A DNA stretch of 64,000 nt, from NCBI RefSeq assembly GCF_036365525.1, contig NC_090383.1, positions 83,565,123-83,629,122 of the forward strand, given 5' to 3'. Every line of letters begins with the position of its first letter. Position 1 is the first letter of the stretch. This document shows positions 1-11,530 of this stretch, piece after piece. The position numbers were made by a program, and so were the translations under genes. This DNA is from Heterodontus francisci. Its lineage: Eukaryota. The notes beneath the pieces were generated by a model. That model searched no databases. It worked only from the letters and a program-made list of their open reading frames with translations, and was not told where the DNA came from.

Positions 1-863
1 AATTACCATTGCGGGTTGTTTTCAATGCCAGTTTCTTAAGTTCAGCAGTCATTAGGTGAAACAATGCCCTTTTCCTCCTTTAATCAAAAATTTATTTGCT
101 TTCCTTAAACAGTTCAAAAAGTAAGTCTTATCAGAGATTGTGTGTTTTAACTTTTGTAATCTTTTGAAAACTATTGGGGAAATAGGGATGACAGGACATC
201 TGCTAGCACATTGAGTTGGGTGTATATTAGACATTTTTAAAATCGGCTCAACCCAAAAGCTGTACCACTTTGCTTCAGTCTTGCTAACACCCACTATGCA
301 ATGGAAATATAGGAACAGGGACAGGCCATTCAGCCTATTCCATCATTAAGTTAGATCATGGATTACCTGTACCTCAAGTACATTTAACCACCTTTGCTTG
401 CTTCATATCTTTACCTAACAAAGATTAATCAATCAGTCTTGAAACTTTCAATTGACGGAGAAACCAAAACCTTTTGGAGGCGAATTCCAGATTTCCACTA
501 CCCTGTGTGAAAAAGTGCTTCCTGCTTTCACTCCTAAATGGCCAAGCTCCAATTTTACGCTTGTGCCCCCTTGTTGATAATTAAATAGTAATTAAACACT
601 AATGATTGTTTGAGTGAACAGTCAGCTAATACAACAGCTTACATCTATGGAATATGTTTCATACATCTCAAGATGCTTTGCAGAAGCAGCAGTATACATT
701 AAGCAGGAGGTGGTAGAAAAATTTGGATATGTGGTCAAAAGCACAGGGAAGGATACAGATTTTCAGCAGTCTTTAGAAGGAGCTTTGACAGATACAAAGG
801 CAAAGAGAACAAGAAAGTACAAGGCATGGTTCATGATTCAAGGTCATCATCGATGGTTTGTTT

Positions 864-1572
864 TAGGCTGCGTTTGCTGACAACACAACCACTAGGTGGC
901 GCAGTACTTGCACATGGGCAAATGCAGCCTCATACACTGAAACATCACTGACAGCGATGTTTTTGGCAGCTGCCAGTAGTAAAATGGTGCTGCTCAATTT
1001 ATCACAAAAACGAAAACAAATGAAACCCAAATGCCCAAAGTGACTGCAACTGCCGCCTCCACCCCGCCCCCAACAGTATTCTGCTCCCTCCTGCCATTGC
1101 ACTTCTCTTCGCCGCTGCCTCCCGTGCCCATCTGCTCACCGCTTCTCCCTCCCACATCTGCTACCCACTCCCCCCCTCTCGCAGTCTCCCTTCCCTCCCT
1201 ATCTTGTCACTCTCTCTCTCTCTCTCTCCTCCGCTTCCCCCATGGGGAGAGAAGAAAGGCCGCGAACACAGGGACCAGAAGCAGAAGGGGAGGGAGTGGG
1301 GAGCAGAGGGGAGGAAGCGACGAGGCCAGAAGCGAGTGGCCCACAGGTGGGGGGTGAAGCAGGGAGCGAGTGGCTGAGGGGGGAGTGAGCAGCGAGCAGA
1401 TGTTGCAGTACGCAATAAAGTTTCTGCGCGCATTAGCCCTGACAAGCCGGCTGCTGATGTAGGCTGCGCATGCACAGCACCATAGTGACAGCAAGAGTCC
1501 GTTCTGCTCGTGTGCAAAGCTGGGAGCATTCTGATGACGTCAGCACTGGGCTGTACTGTCAGGCGTCACTTG
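864..1572. mobile_element. Unclassified non-autonomous interspersed repeat, copy 1 (CTCF motif at 889-902)
   Basis: Both ends are homologous to 27486-28763; interior has a CT-rich arm followed by a GA-rich arm. Confidence 0.7.
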
Positions 1573-1923
1573 GTTTTATTCATTCATATGTGGGTGTCGC
1601 TGGCAAGGCCAGCATTTATTACTCATTCCTAATTGCCCTCGAGAAGGTGGTGATGAGCTGCCTTCTTTAAAACAACTGAGTGGCTTGCTACGCCGTTTCA
1701 GAGGGTAGTGAAGAGTCAACCACATTGCTATGGGTCTGGAGTCACCAATATTTCATCAGTACAGCTTATTTTAAGAAGTAATCCATAATTTCCAGGAGAA
1801 TGAAATATGGACTGCTACACTCTGAAGTGGTGACAATTCTATGTTTTAAGGGGCTAGGTCACCCCAATCAGCTAAAATGGCAGCAACAGCAGCAACCAAG
1901 TCGCCACTTCCTGAGATACTTAC

Positions 1924-2008
1924 TCAGAAATTCGCAGGATGTTCTCTTTACCCTCTTCAACCAACACATTGACAGAATTTTTTAGGTGTTCCACAGTTAG
2001 CAATGCAC
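1924..2008 (-). CDS. EPRS1: EPRS1 coding exon 2 ([29 protein letters not shown]); gene continues beyond the left edge
   Basis: cag|GT...TCTGA|gtaagt, 85 nt, phase-compatible with exon 1. Closely matches human [28 protein letters not shown] (GST-like N-terminal domain). No exon 3 found in 1-1923. Confidence 0.92.
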
Positions 2009-2133
2009 CTGCATGAATAACATTAGAAACATTAGTTTTGTATTAAATCCAGTTTGAGTTCAGTGAATATCCACACAATGATTTAAAGCACAATGTTAGA
2101 GTAAGCAAATTACATCTACAGACAATACCATAA

Positions 2134-2723
2134 TGTTGGATCCTATTAGTTGCACAAAGAGAGACGAAGTCCGACTGTAGCTTTAAGAAACTTTATTGCA
2201 GTACTTAATTGTTACATCTTCAGAAAACTTAACAATGAACTGAACTAAAACTAAAATCAACACATACACTGAACTAACCTAAAACTAAAAGCAACACACA
2301 CACTAAACTAACCCCACCCCCCGAACTGAACTCTTCGCGCCAAATCAAGCCTTATTATAGTTATTCATACAAATCAGTAACACCTACTCTTTGTTCCCAA
2401 TTGGTCTACAAACTTCTGCAGTTTCTTGGTGTTGGGGCCTGATTGGGGTACTGCCTTGTCAAATTGTTTTAACTTCTTGCTCCTGTTTCCCATCCTCGTG
2501 AACCATTAGACTGATTGTTGTACAATAGGCTACTAATAAGCAGTCTGCAGCTGCCCCGTTAGTTTCTGCTTGTTAGTCTGTTTCTGATAAGTTGCCTCTG
2601 CAGCCCTGAAGTTATGAAGTCATTTCTGATAAGCTGTCTCTGCAGCTCCGAGGTTATTTGGTTAGTAGGCTATACTTAATTGATTAGTTCACTTTAAATG
2701 TCCCCAATAGTTCTGTTCCCACA
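2134..2723 (-). mobile_element. Solo LTR
   Basis: TG...CA termini, near-perfect 5-bp flanks CATAA/CATAC, minus-strand AATAAA (2192-2197), internal direct repeats. Confidence 0.65.
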
Positions 2724-2826
2724 CATACTTTGCACAGAAATGCTATGAGCTATGATTTCTGCAACATATGGCTATTGGTATTGTTACTGCATTTCAATTT
2801 ACACGAAGAAAATTAAATATTAATTT

Positions 2827-3057
2827 AAAAGCAAAATACTGCAGATGCTGGAAATCTGAAACACAAACAAGAAATGCTGGAAAGACTCAGCAGGTCAGGC
2901 AGCGTCTGTGGAGAGAGAAGCAGAGTTAACTTTTCAAGTCAGTGACCCTTCATCATAAGGTTCTGATGAAGGGTCACTGACCTGAAACGTTAACTCTGCT
3001 TCTCTCTCCACAGATGCTGCCAGACCTGATGAGTATTTCCAGCATTTCTTGTTTGTG
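2827..3057. mobile_element. Palindromic Penelope pseudo-LTR-derived insertion with hammerhead core
   Basis: Inverted arms of about 96 bp (2860-2955 / 2964-3059), flanked by a 14-bp direct repeat TTAAATATTAATTT (2813-2826, 3058-3071). Same sequence family as the 3' end of the Penelope element at 45570-45648. Confidence 0.85.
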
Positions 3058-4576
3058 TTAAATATTAATTTTCTGATTTTCAATATTCAATTCTTCAGAT
3101 TAATGCTTGCAATACTGTAATTTGAACACTAAAATTAACTCATGCTTGACAGAGATTTAAATCTATATTTGCTATCACAAACTCTCCCCTCCCTTTATTC
3201 GCAAAATCTATTTTGTTACAGGTCCTGCATACAAAAGGTTTGCGGTTTCTCTCCAAAAAATGAATCTAATGACAATTGCCAATTCTATCCAAAAATTTAA
3301 TCTGGTGTTCCAAAAAAATATTTATACAAAGGGATTTTTGATCAGTTTTAAAATCAGTCAATTTACTTTAGACATTGCGGGGCTCAAAATTGATAAGACT
3401 TCAAAAAAATGTATTTCAGCTCTGAGCAATGGTTCCTGTAATAGTATTACAAATGTAGTTTCACTGGAAATGTAGCAAATCAGTCTTTCAAAATAATACG
3501 ATTAAACCTTCCTCAAAACTTTCTGTTCCTGCTCCTATCCAGCAAAATTTCACATTTTTCAAGTTCAGCTTGTCTAAAAAGAGATAAGGACCTGAACTTC
3601 CTTAACACACAGTGTACTTTAATAGGCCTGGAGCAATTCACCTGACATCAGTTAAGGACAGTGCATGGGGAACCTTAAAACCACAGGGATGGCAAGATTT
3701 TAAGAGATTAAATTGTACATCAAACAGACTATAGAAAACCTAAGTACTAGCTCAAGTTTCAAAAGTGAAAATAGAAATGCTACCTTTATTTCAGCATCCA
3801 GCCTAGTTCTACTGGCTAGTCGAATTGCTGCATTGCAGATTGGATGCAAGATGAAATGTCATCTGAAGTAATATATAAACCACTGACCTATACAACCAAT
3901 CCTGTGATGCTAGACAGCATCAGAGATATGTAGAAAGGAGGAGCTACCATTTACTAGCAGCCACCTCATACTAACTTTTCACTGGATAGGTCAAGGATCA
4001 GATGTGTCCATGATATTTCAGTTGGATCTCACCTTGCCAATGTGCATCTCATCTGCACTGCAGCAATTCCACGAATCAGAGCAGCTAGACTGGCTGCTCC
4101 CGTAATCAATGTTGACAGACTCTTAGACCTTTAAGAAAAATCTATTTTAGTTGCAAAATAACAGGTTTGAAGACTTAAAATTGGATCCATCTTTTAGATT
4201 TTCTTCACACAATGCTGTATCATTCAAGAACCAATCAAAGCAGATTACAGCTATTCTATAACTTGGGAAAGACAAGAGCAACTGCTCATCTTACTTAATC
4301 ACTGATTTCAGACAGAGAAGCCCACAGCAGTTTTGTTTTTCCACCACTGGAGTGGTGATAATGGATCCAGAGGAAATGGACCTTTTGCAAACTAAATAAT
4401 CAACTAATTAACCTCAACTAAAAAAAAGACACTGATCAGGAATTTTGCACACAGTCCATCACACATCCAATGTTTGCATGTATTCAGTTAAGTGAATAAT
4501 AGTGAATATTATAAACTGGCACAAAGTAAATGTTAGACAAAATAGACTTCTGCACATCAATAGATTTTGGGTGCTC

Positions 4577-4863
4577 TTAGATTAGATTATAGAGAGATAC
4601 AGCACTGAAACAGGCCCTTCGGCCCACTGAATCTGTGCCGACCATCAACCACCCATTTGTACTAATCCTACATTAATCCCATATTCCCTACCATTCTCCT
4701 ACCTACATTAAGGGCAATTTACAATGGCCAATTTACCTATCAACCTGCAAGTCTTTGGCGGTGGGAGGAAACAGGAGCACCCGGCGGAAACCCACACGGT
4801 CACAGGGAGAACTTGCAAACTCCACACAGACAGTACCCAGAACTGAACCCGGGTCACTGGAGC
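4577..4863 (-). mobile_element. HE1-type V-SINE, head truncated
   Basis: Reverse complement of the full-length SINE at 25380-25727. Confidence 0.85.
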
Positions 4864-5361
4864 CCTTAATGCATTACATTGGAGGGAGGCTGGGAGCAGA
4901 CCTCTCTCTTCCAACATCACATTTTAGGATAGCTGGTTATCAACACCACTCCACATTGGCATCACAGTATATTGTGAATAAAACATCAAGCAGATGTTTT
5001 AAAGAAAGCACATAAAACCCAGCAATAAAGAATGAGACACACCACTAAGTACATTGAAGCTCTCCATAAAACTTCAAAAATTACAGATCAAATTTAAATG
5101 GATATAAATGTCTGAATTGTTTGGAATTGAAGACAATTAGATACAGAAACAACCAAAAATAGACTCCAGTCATCAATGGCGCAAGTGCTTTCTTAAACAA
5201 TGTATTTGGTTCACAGCATCTGAATGTCGAAAGGAAATGTACTGTCATGCCATTTCAGGGAACACTGCTGCAAACATAAATTTTGACAAACACTTGGGCA
5301 TTGAAAATACCATCTTTCAGCAACTGGTCAGTGCCAGATACGCATTTAAAGACTTTTTTTT

Positions 5362-5618
5362 AAATGAGAGATACAGCACTGAAACAGGCCCTTCGGCCCA
5401 CCGAGTCTGTGCCGACCATCAACCACCCATTTATACTAATCCCATATTCCTACCACATCCCCACCTGTCCCTATATTTCCCTACCACCTACCTATACTAG
5501 GGGCAATTTCTAATGGCCAATTTACCTGCCAATCTGCAAGTCTTTTGGCTTGTGGGAGGAAACCCGAACACCCGGAGAAAACCCATGCAGACACAGGGAG
5601 AACTTGCAAACTCCACAC
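5362..5618 (-). mobile_element. HE1-type V-SINE, lacking the tRNA head
   Basis: Homologous to 25380-25727 (V domain and CR1-like tail). Confidence 0.85.
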
Positions 5619-5749
5619 TTTGTGCTATTGTATGTTAAATACATTAAAAACCCAAGGTACCTCAAGACAGTTTGAGTCTCACTGAATAATTCACTTTGCC
5701 ATTCAACCAAAGTTTCTGCAAAAACAGAATTTTAATATTTTTAGTTTCC

Positions 5750-8700
5750 GAAAATGCACTGTATGGTGCAGCAAGAAGCCATGCAACTTATCAAAGTGCA
5801 GCACTGCCTTGTGGGCGTCTCGGGAGAGACCAAGGCTAAGGGAGTAAACCCTAACAGATAATCCGGAGCGGAACCCCGTAGGCGGTCATGTGTCACCTTT
5901 GGCATGTTTCCGGCAGTTCCTGCAGCCATACTGGTGCCAAACGTCGTGTCCTGCACTCCTTAGGACCCCACCAGAAAGGCCGAGAGGGGGGTTTTGACGA
6001 CTGGGCAACTCTCAACCTCCATAAATTTGCCCAGGCATGCGCCATGGAGAGGTCACTCCATAGTTGCCTCACAGCGACTGACACAACACGGAAGGCAGCA
6101 GTTACGGGTTATAAGTCCAGATAAATTGGCGTAGAAACTGGGCGCCACGGGTTGCCTTTGTCGGTGGGAGAGGTCATTGCACCTCACTGGACAGCTACCG
6201 CCCGCCTCAAACCGGGCAGCCCCCGGTCAATAAGGTTCTGTCCCGCCACAGTCTGCCTGCTTCAATGGGTGCTTGGAGCTCAGGGTCATTGCCCGAAAGG
6301 TGGACTGATACACCGCACCAAACAATATGAAAAAAGGAAAGAAGGTACCAGCCCTTCGCTTTGCAAGCTGGAACGTCAGAACTATGTGTCCTGGCCTGTC
6401 GGAAGACCTAACACAAATCAACGATTCTCGGAAGATCGCCATCATTAACAACGAGATCAGTAGATTCAATGTGGACATTGCAGCACTTCAGGAGACTCGC
6501 CTCCCCGCGAGTGGCTCTCTAGCAGAGCAAGACTACACCTTCTTCTGGCAGGGCAGGGATCCTGAAGAACCAAGACAGCATGGAGTGGGCTTCGCCATCA
6601 GAAACTCCTTGCTCAGCATGATAGAGCCTCCCTCAAATGGCTCGGAACGCATACTGTCCATCCGACTGCTCACCACCTCTGGTCCAGTACACCTACTCAG
6701 CATCTATGCTCCAACACTCTGCTCCCCACCTGAAGCTAAAGACCAGTTCTATGAACAACTCCATAACATCATTAGCAGCATCCCCAACACCGAACACCTA
6801 TTCCTGCTGGGGGACTTTAATGCCAGGGTTGGGGCCGACCATGACTCATGGCCCTCCTGCCTTGGGCGCTATGGCGTTGGAAGGATGAATGAGAACGGGC
6901 AGAGACTGCTTGAGTTGTGTACCTATCATAACCTCTGCATCACCAACTCGTTCTTTCACACTAAACCCTGTCACCAGGTTTCATGGAGGCACCCAAGATC
7001 GCGTCGTTGGCACTAGCTAGACCTCATTGTCACAAGGCGAGCCGCCTTAAACAGTGTTCAAATCACACGCAGCTTCCACAGTGCGGACTGCGACACCGAC
7101 CACTCCCTGGTGTGCAGCAAGGTTAGACTCAGACCAAAGAAGTTGCATCATTCCAAGCAGAAGGGCCACCCGCGCATCAACACGAGCAGAATTTCTCACC
7201 CACAGCTGTTACAAAAATTTCTAAATTCACTTGTAACAGCCCTTCAAAACACTCCCACAGGGGATGCTGAGACCAAGTGGGCCCACATCAGAGACGCCAT
7301 CTATGAGTCAGCTTTGACCACCTACGGCAAAAGTGCGAAGAGAAATGCAGACTGGTTTCAATCTCATAATGAAGAGCTGGAACCTGTCATAGCCGCTAAG
7401 CGCATTGCACTGTTGAACTACAAGAAAGCCCCCAGCAATTTAACATCCGCAGCACTTAAAGCAGCCAGAAGTACTGCACAAAGAACAGCTAGGCGTTGCG
7501 TAAACGACTACTGGCAACACCTATGCAGTCATATTCAGCTGGCCTCAGACACCGGAAACATCAGAGGAATGTATGATGGCATGAAGAGAGCTCTTGGGCC
7601 AACCATCAAGAAGATCGCCCCCCTCAAATCTAAATCGGGGGACATAATCACTGACCAACGCAAACAGATGGACCGCTGGGTTGAGCACTACCTAGAACTG
7701 TACTCCAGGGAGAATGCTGTCACTGAGACTGCCCTCAATGCAGCCCAGCCTCTACCAGTCATGGATGAGCTGAACATACAGCCAACCAAATCGGAACTCA
7801 GTGATGCCATTGATTCTCTAGCCAGCGGAAAAGCCCCTGGGAAGGACAGCATTACCCCTGAAATAATCAAGAGTGCCAAGCCTGCTATACTCTCAGCACT
7901 ACATGAACTGCTATGCCTGTGCTGGGACGAGGGAGCAGTACCCCAGGACATGCGCGATGCCAACATCATCACCCTCTATAAAAACAAAGGTGACCGCGGT
8001 GACGGCAACAACTACCGTGGAATCTCCCTGCTCAGCATAGTGGGGAAAGTCTTTGCTCGAGTCGCTCTGAACAGGCTCCAGAAGCTGGCCGAGCGCGTCT
8101 ACCCTGAGGCACAGTGTGGCTTTCGTGCAGAGAGATCGACCATTGACATGCTGTTCTCCCTTCGTCAGATACAGGAGAAATGCCGTGAACAACAGATGCC
8201 CCTCTACATTGCTTTCATTGATCTCACCAAAGCCTTTGACCTCGTCAGCAGACGTGGTCTCTTCAGACTACTAGAAAAGATCGGATGTCCACCAAAGCCA
8301 CTAAGTATCATCACCTCATTCCATGACAATATGAAAGGCACAATTCAACATGGTGGCTCCTCATCAGAGCCCTTTCCTATCCTGAGTGGTGTGAAACAGG
8401 GCTGTATTCTCGCACCCACACTTTTTGGGATTTTCTTCTCCCTGCTGCTTTCACATGCGTTCAAATCCTCTGAAGAAGGAATTTTCCTCCACACAAGATC
8501 AGGGGTCAGGTTGTTCAACCTTGCCCGTCTAAGAGCGAAGTCCAAAGTACGGAAAGTCCTCATCAGAGAACTCCTCTTTGCTGACGATGCTGCTTTAACA
8601 TCTCACACTGAAGAGTGCCTGCAGAGTCTCATCGACAGGTTTGCGACTGCCTGCAATGAATTTGGCCTAACCATCAGCCTCAAGAAAACAAACATCATGG

Positions 8701-9285
8701 GGCAGGACGTCAGAAATGCTCCATCCATCAATATTGGCGACCACGCTCTGGAAGTGGTTCAAGAGTTCACCCACCTAGGCTCAACTATCACCAGTAACCT
8801 GTCTCTAGATGCAGAAATCAACAAGCGCATGGGTAAGGCTTCCACTGCTATGTCCAGACTGGCCAAGAGAGTGTGGGAAAATGGCGCACTGACACGGAAC
8901 ACAAAAGTCCGAGTGTATCAGGCCTGTGTCCTCAGTACCTTGCTCTACCGCAGCGAGGCCTGGACAATGTATGCCAGCCAAGAGCGACGTCTCAATTCAT
9001 TCCATCTTCGCTGCCTTCGGAGAATACTTGGCATCAATGTCACAGGATTTCATGTCGCGTTTGCAGACGTCTTTAAAGCGGAGACATGGACGGCCAGTGG
9101 GTCTGATACCAGTGGCGAGCTCGCTGTACAATGTGTCTTTGGGGATCCTGCCATCTTCCATGCGGCTCACATGGCCAAGCCATCTCAAGCACCGCTGACT
9201 CAGTAGTGTGTATAAGCTGGGGGTGTTGGCCGCCTCGAGGACTTCTGTGTTGGAGATACGGTCCTGCCACCTGATGCCAAGTATT
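5750..9285 (+). mobile_element. Young RTE-clade LINE: 5' UTR plus single APE-RT ORF (6327-9036) with one nonsense codon; last ~250 bp inverted; 3' tail missing
   Basis: APE motifs (SWNVRT, ALQET, LLGDFNA, DTDH) and RT motifs (GVKQGC, LFADD). ORFs 6327-7016 and 7110-9206 share a frame, split by TAG 7014-7016. The RTE-type C-terminal RWLGHVSRM...PK...GRP motif reads on the minus strand at 9037-9285. Left boundary approximate. Confidence 0.9.
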
Positions 9286-9369
9286 AGGCAAGATGGCTCC
9301 TGGGCTGTAAGCTCCCTTGCTGTTCAACTCTATCCATGGCCATCTGCTCCCATTCTTACACCACTACAC

Positions 9370-11530
9370 GCATGCTAAACAGCAAAAGCAGTATTCTATA
9401 AACAGAGTTAAGCGATCCCATAACCAGCAGACCAGGTCAAAGCTCTGCAGTCCTGCCACATCGATTGGTGAATGGTGGTGGACGATTAAATTATTGAAGG
9501 AGACTCCATGAACATCTCCATTCTGAATGAAAGTCATAGAGAGAGCGCTACAGCACTGAAACAGGCCCTTCAGCCCACCATCTGTGCCGACCATCAACCA
9601 CCCATTTATACTAATTCTACATTAATCCCAGATCCCCTATCACATCCCCACCTTCCCTCAATTCTCCTACCACCTACCTATACTAGGGGCAATTTACAAT
9701 GGTCAATTTACCTATCAACCTGCAAGTCTTTGGCTGTTGGAGGAAACCGGAGCACCCGGCAGAAACCCACACGGTCACAGGGAGAACATGCAAACTCCGC
9801 ACAGACAGTACCCAGAACTGAACCTGGGTTGCCGGAGCTGTGAGGCAGCAGTGCTAACCACTGCGCTTCCCTGTGATGGTGGAGCCCAGCACATAAGTGC
9901 AAAAGACAAGGATGGAGCGTCTGCAACCATCTTGAGCCAGAAGCACCAAGCAGATGATCCATCTCTGCCTCCTCCTGAGGTCCCGAGCATCACAGATGCC
10001 AGTCTTCAGCCAATTCTATTCACTCCACATGATATCAAGAAACGACACTGGACAAAGCAAAGACTATGGGCCCCAAAACATCACAGCTGTCGTGCTAAAG
10101 ATTGTACATGTGCTCCAGAACCAGCCACACCCCTAGTCAAGCTGTTCCAGTACAGCTACAAAACAAGCATCAACTTGATAAAGTAGAAAATTGTCCAGAT
10201 AAGCCCGGTTGACAAAAAGCAGGACAAATCAATCCAACCAATTATCACCCAATCTACACTCAATCAGCAAAGTGAAGGAAGGGCTCGTCGACAGTGCTGT
10301 CATACAGCACTTCTTCACCAATGACCTGTTTACCGAGGCACAGTTTGGGTTCTGCCAGAACTGGCACCAGACCTCATTATAGCCTTAGTCCTAACATGGA
10401 CAAAAGAGCTGAATTCCAAAGGTAAGACGAAAATGACTGCCTTTGACATCTAGGCAGCACTTGACCAAGTGTGGGATCAAAGAGCTCTAGTCAACAAGAA
10501 TGAGAAGGCAAACTCTCCACTGGATGAAGTCATACCGAGCACAAAGGAAGATGGTTGTTGGAGATCAATCATCTCAGCCCCAGAACATCAGGGCAGAAGT
10601 TCACCAGGGTAGTTTCCTAGGCCCAACAATCTTCAATTGTTTCATCAATGACCTTGCCACCATAAGGTCAGAAGTGGGGATCGTTGATAATGACTGTACA
10701 GTGTTTCATTCGCAACTCCTTAGGTAACAAAACAGTCCATGTTTGCATATGGCAAGATCTGGACAAGATTCAAGCTTGGGCTGATAATTGGCAACTAACA
10801 TTTGTGCCACACAAGGGCAGGCAATGACCATCCCCAACAAGGGAATCTAACCATCTCCCCATGACATTCAATGGCATTACCATCACTGAATCCTCCACCA
10901 TCAACACCCTGATGATTACCATTGACCAGAAGCTGCTACCAGCCACATTAACACTGTGGCTAAAAGGGCATGTCAGAAGTTGGGAATTGTGTGGCAAATA
11001 ACTCACTTTCTATCCACCATCTACAAGGTAAACGTCAGGAGTGTGAAGGAATAGTGCCTGGATAAGTGCAGCTCCAATAACATTCAAGAAGCTTGAAACC
11101 ATCCAAAACAAAGTAGCCCACTTGACTGACACCCCATCCACCAGCTTAAACATTCACTCCCTCCATCACCAGTACACCGTGACAGCAGTATTTACCATCT
11201 GCACTGCAGCAACTCGCCAAGGCTCCTTCAACAGTACCTTCCAAAACTGTGACCTCTATCACCAGAAAAACAAGGGCAGCAAAAACATGGAAACATCAAC
11301 AACTGCAAGTTCCCCAAGTCACACACCACCCTGGATTTGGAACTGTATCACCGCTCCCTCAGTCGCTGGGTCAAAAACCTAGAACTCCCTTCCTAACAGC
11401 ACTGTGGTGTAACTACAACACATGGACTGCAGTGGTTCAAGAAGGCAGCTCACCACCACCTTCTCAAGGACAATTAGGGATGTACAATAAATGCTAGACT
11501 TGTCAGCAACAACCACATCCCATGAAGGAA
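9370..11530 (+). mobile_element. Decayed CR1-group (Zenon-like) LINE, RT to 3' end, interrupted by a V-SINE
   Basis: Degenerate RT motifs (QGSFLGPTIFNCFINDL); same family as 37735-38555 (minus). Clade assignment tentative. Confidence 0.7.
9536..9871 (-). mobile_element. HE1-type V-SINE nested in a LINE
   Basis: Reverse complement of 25380-25727, including the A/B-box head. Confidence 0.85.

Noticed and set aside
600-860. Possible EPRS1 exon 3, or the 88-aa ORF 614-880 as a gene
   Set aside because: No match to the expected FTDVNSILRYLAR-like peptide in minus-strand frames; the plus-strand ORF has no recognisable domain and looks like decayed repeat.
7110-9206. 698-aa ORF as a host gene or intact RT protein
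   Set aside because: It is the downstream part of an RTE ORF broken by a stop codon, and its C-terminus is antisense read-through of the inverted segment.
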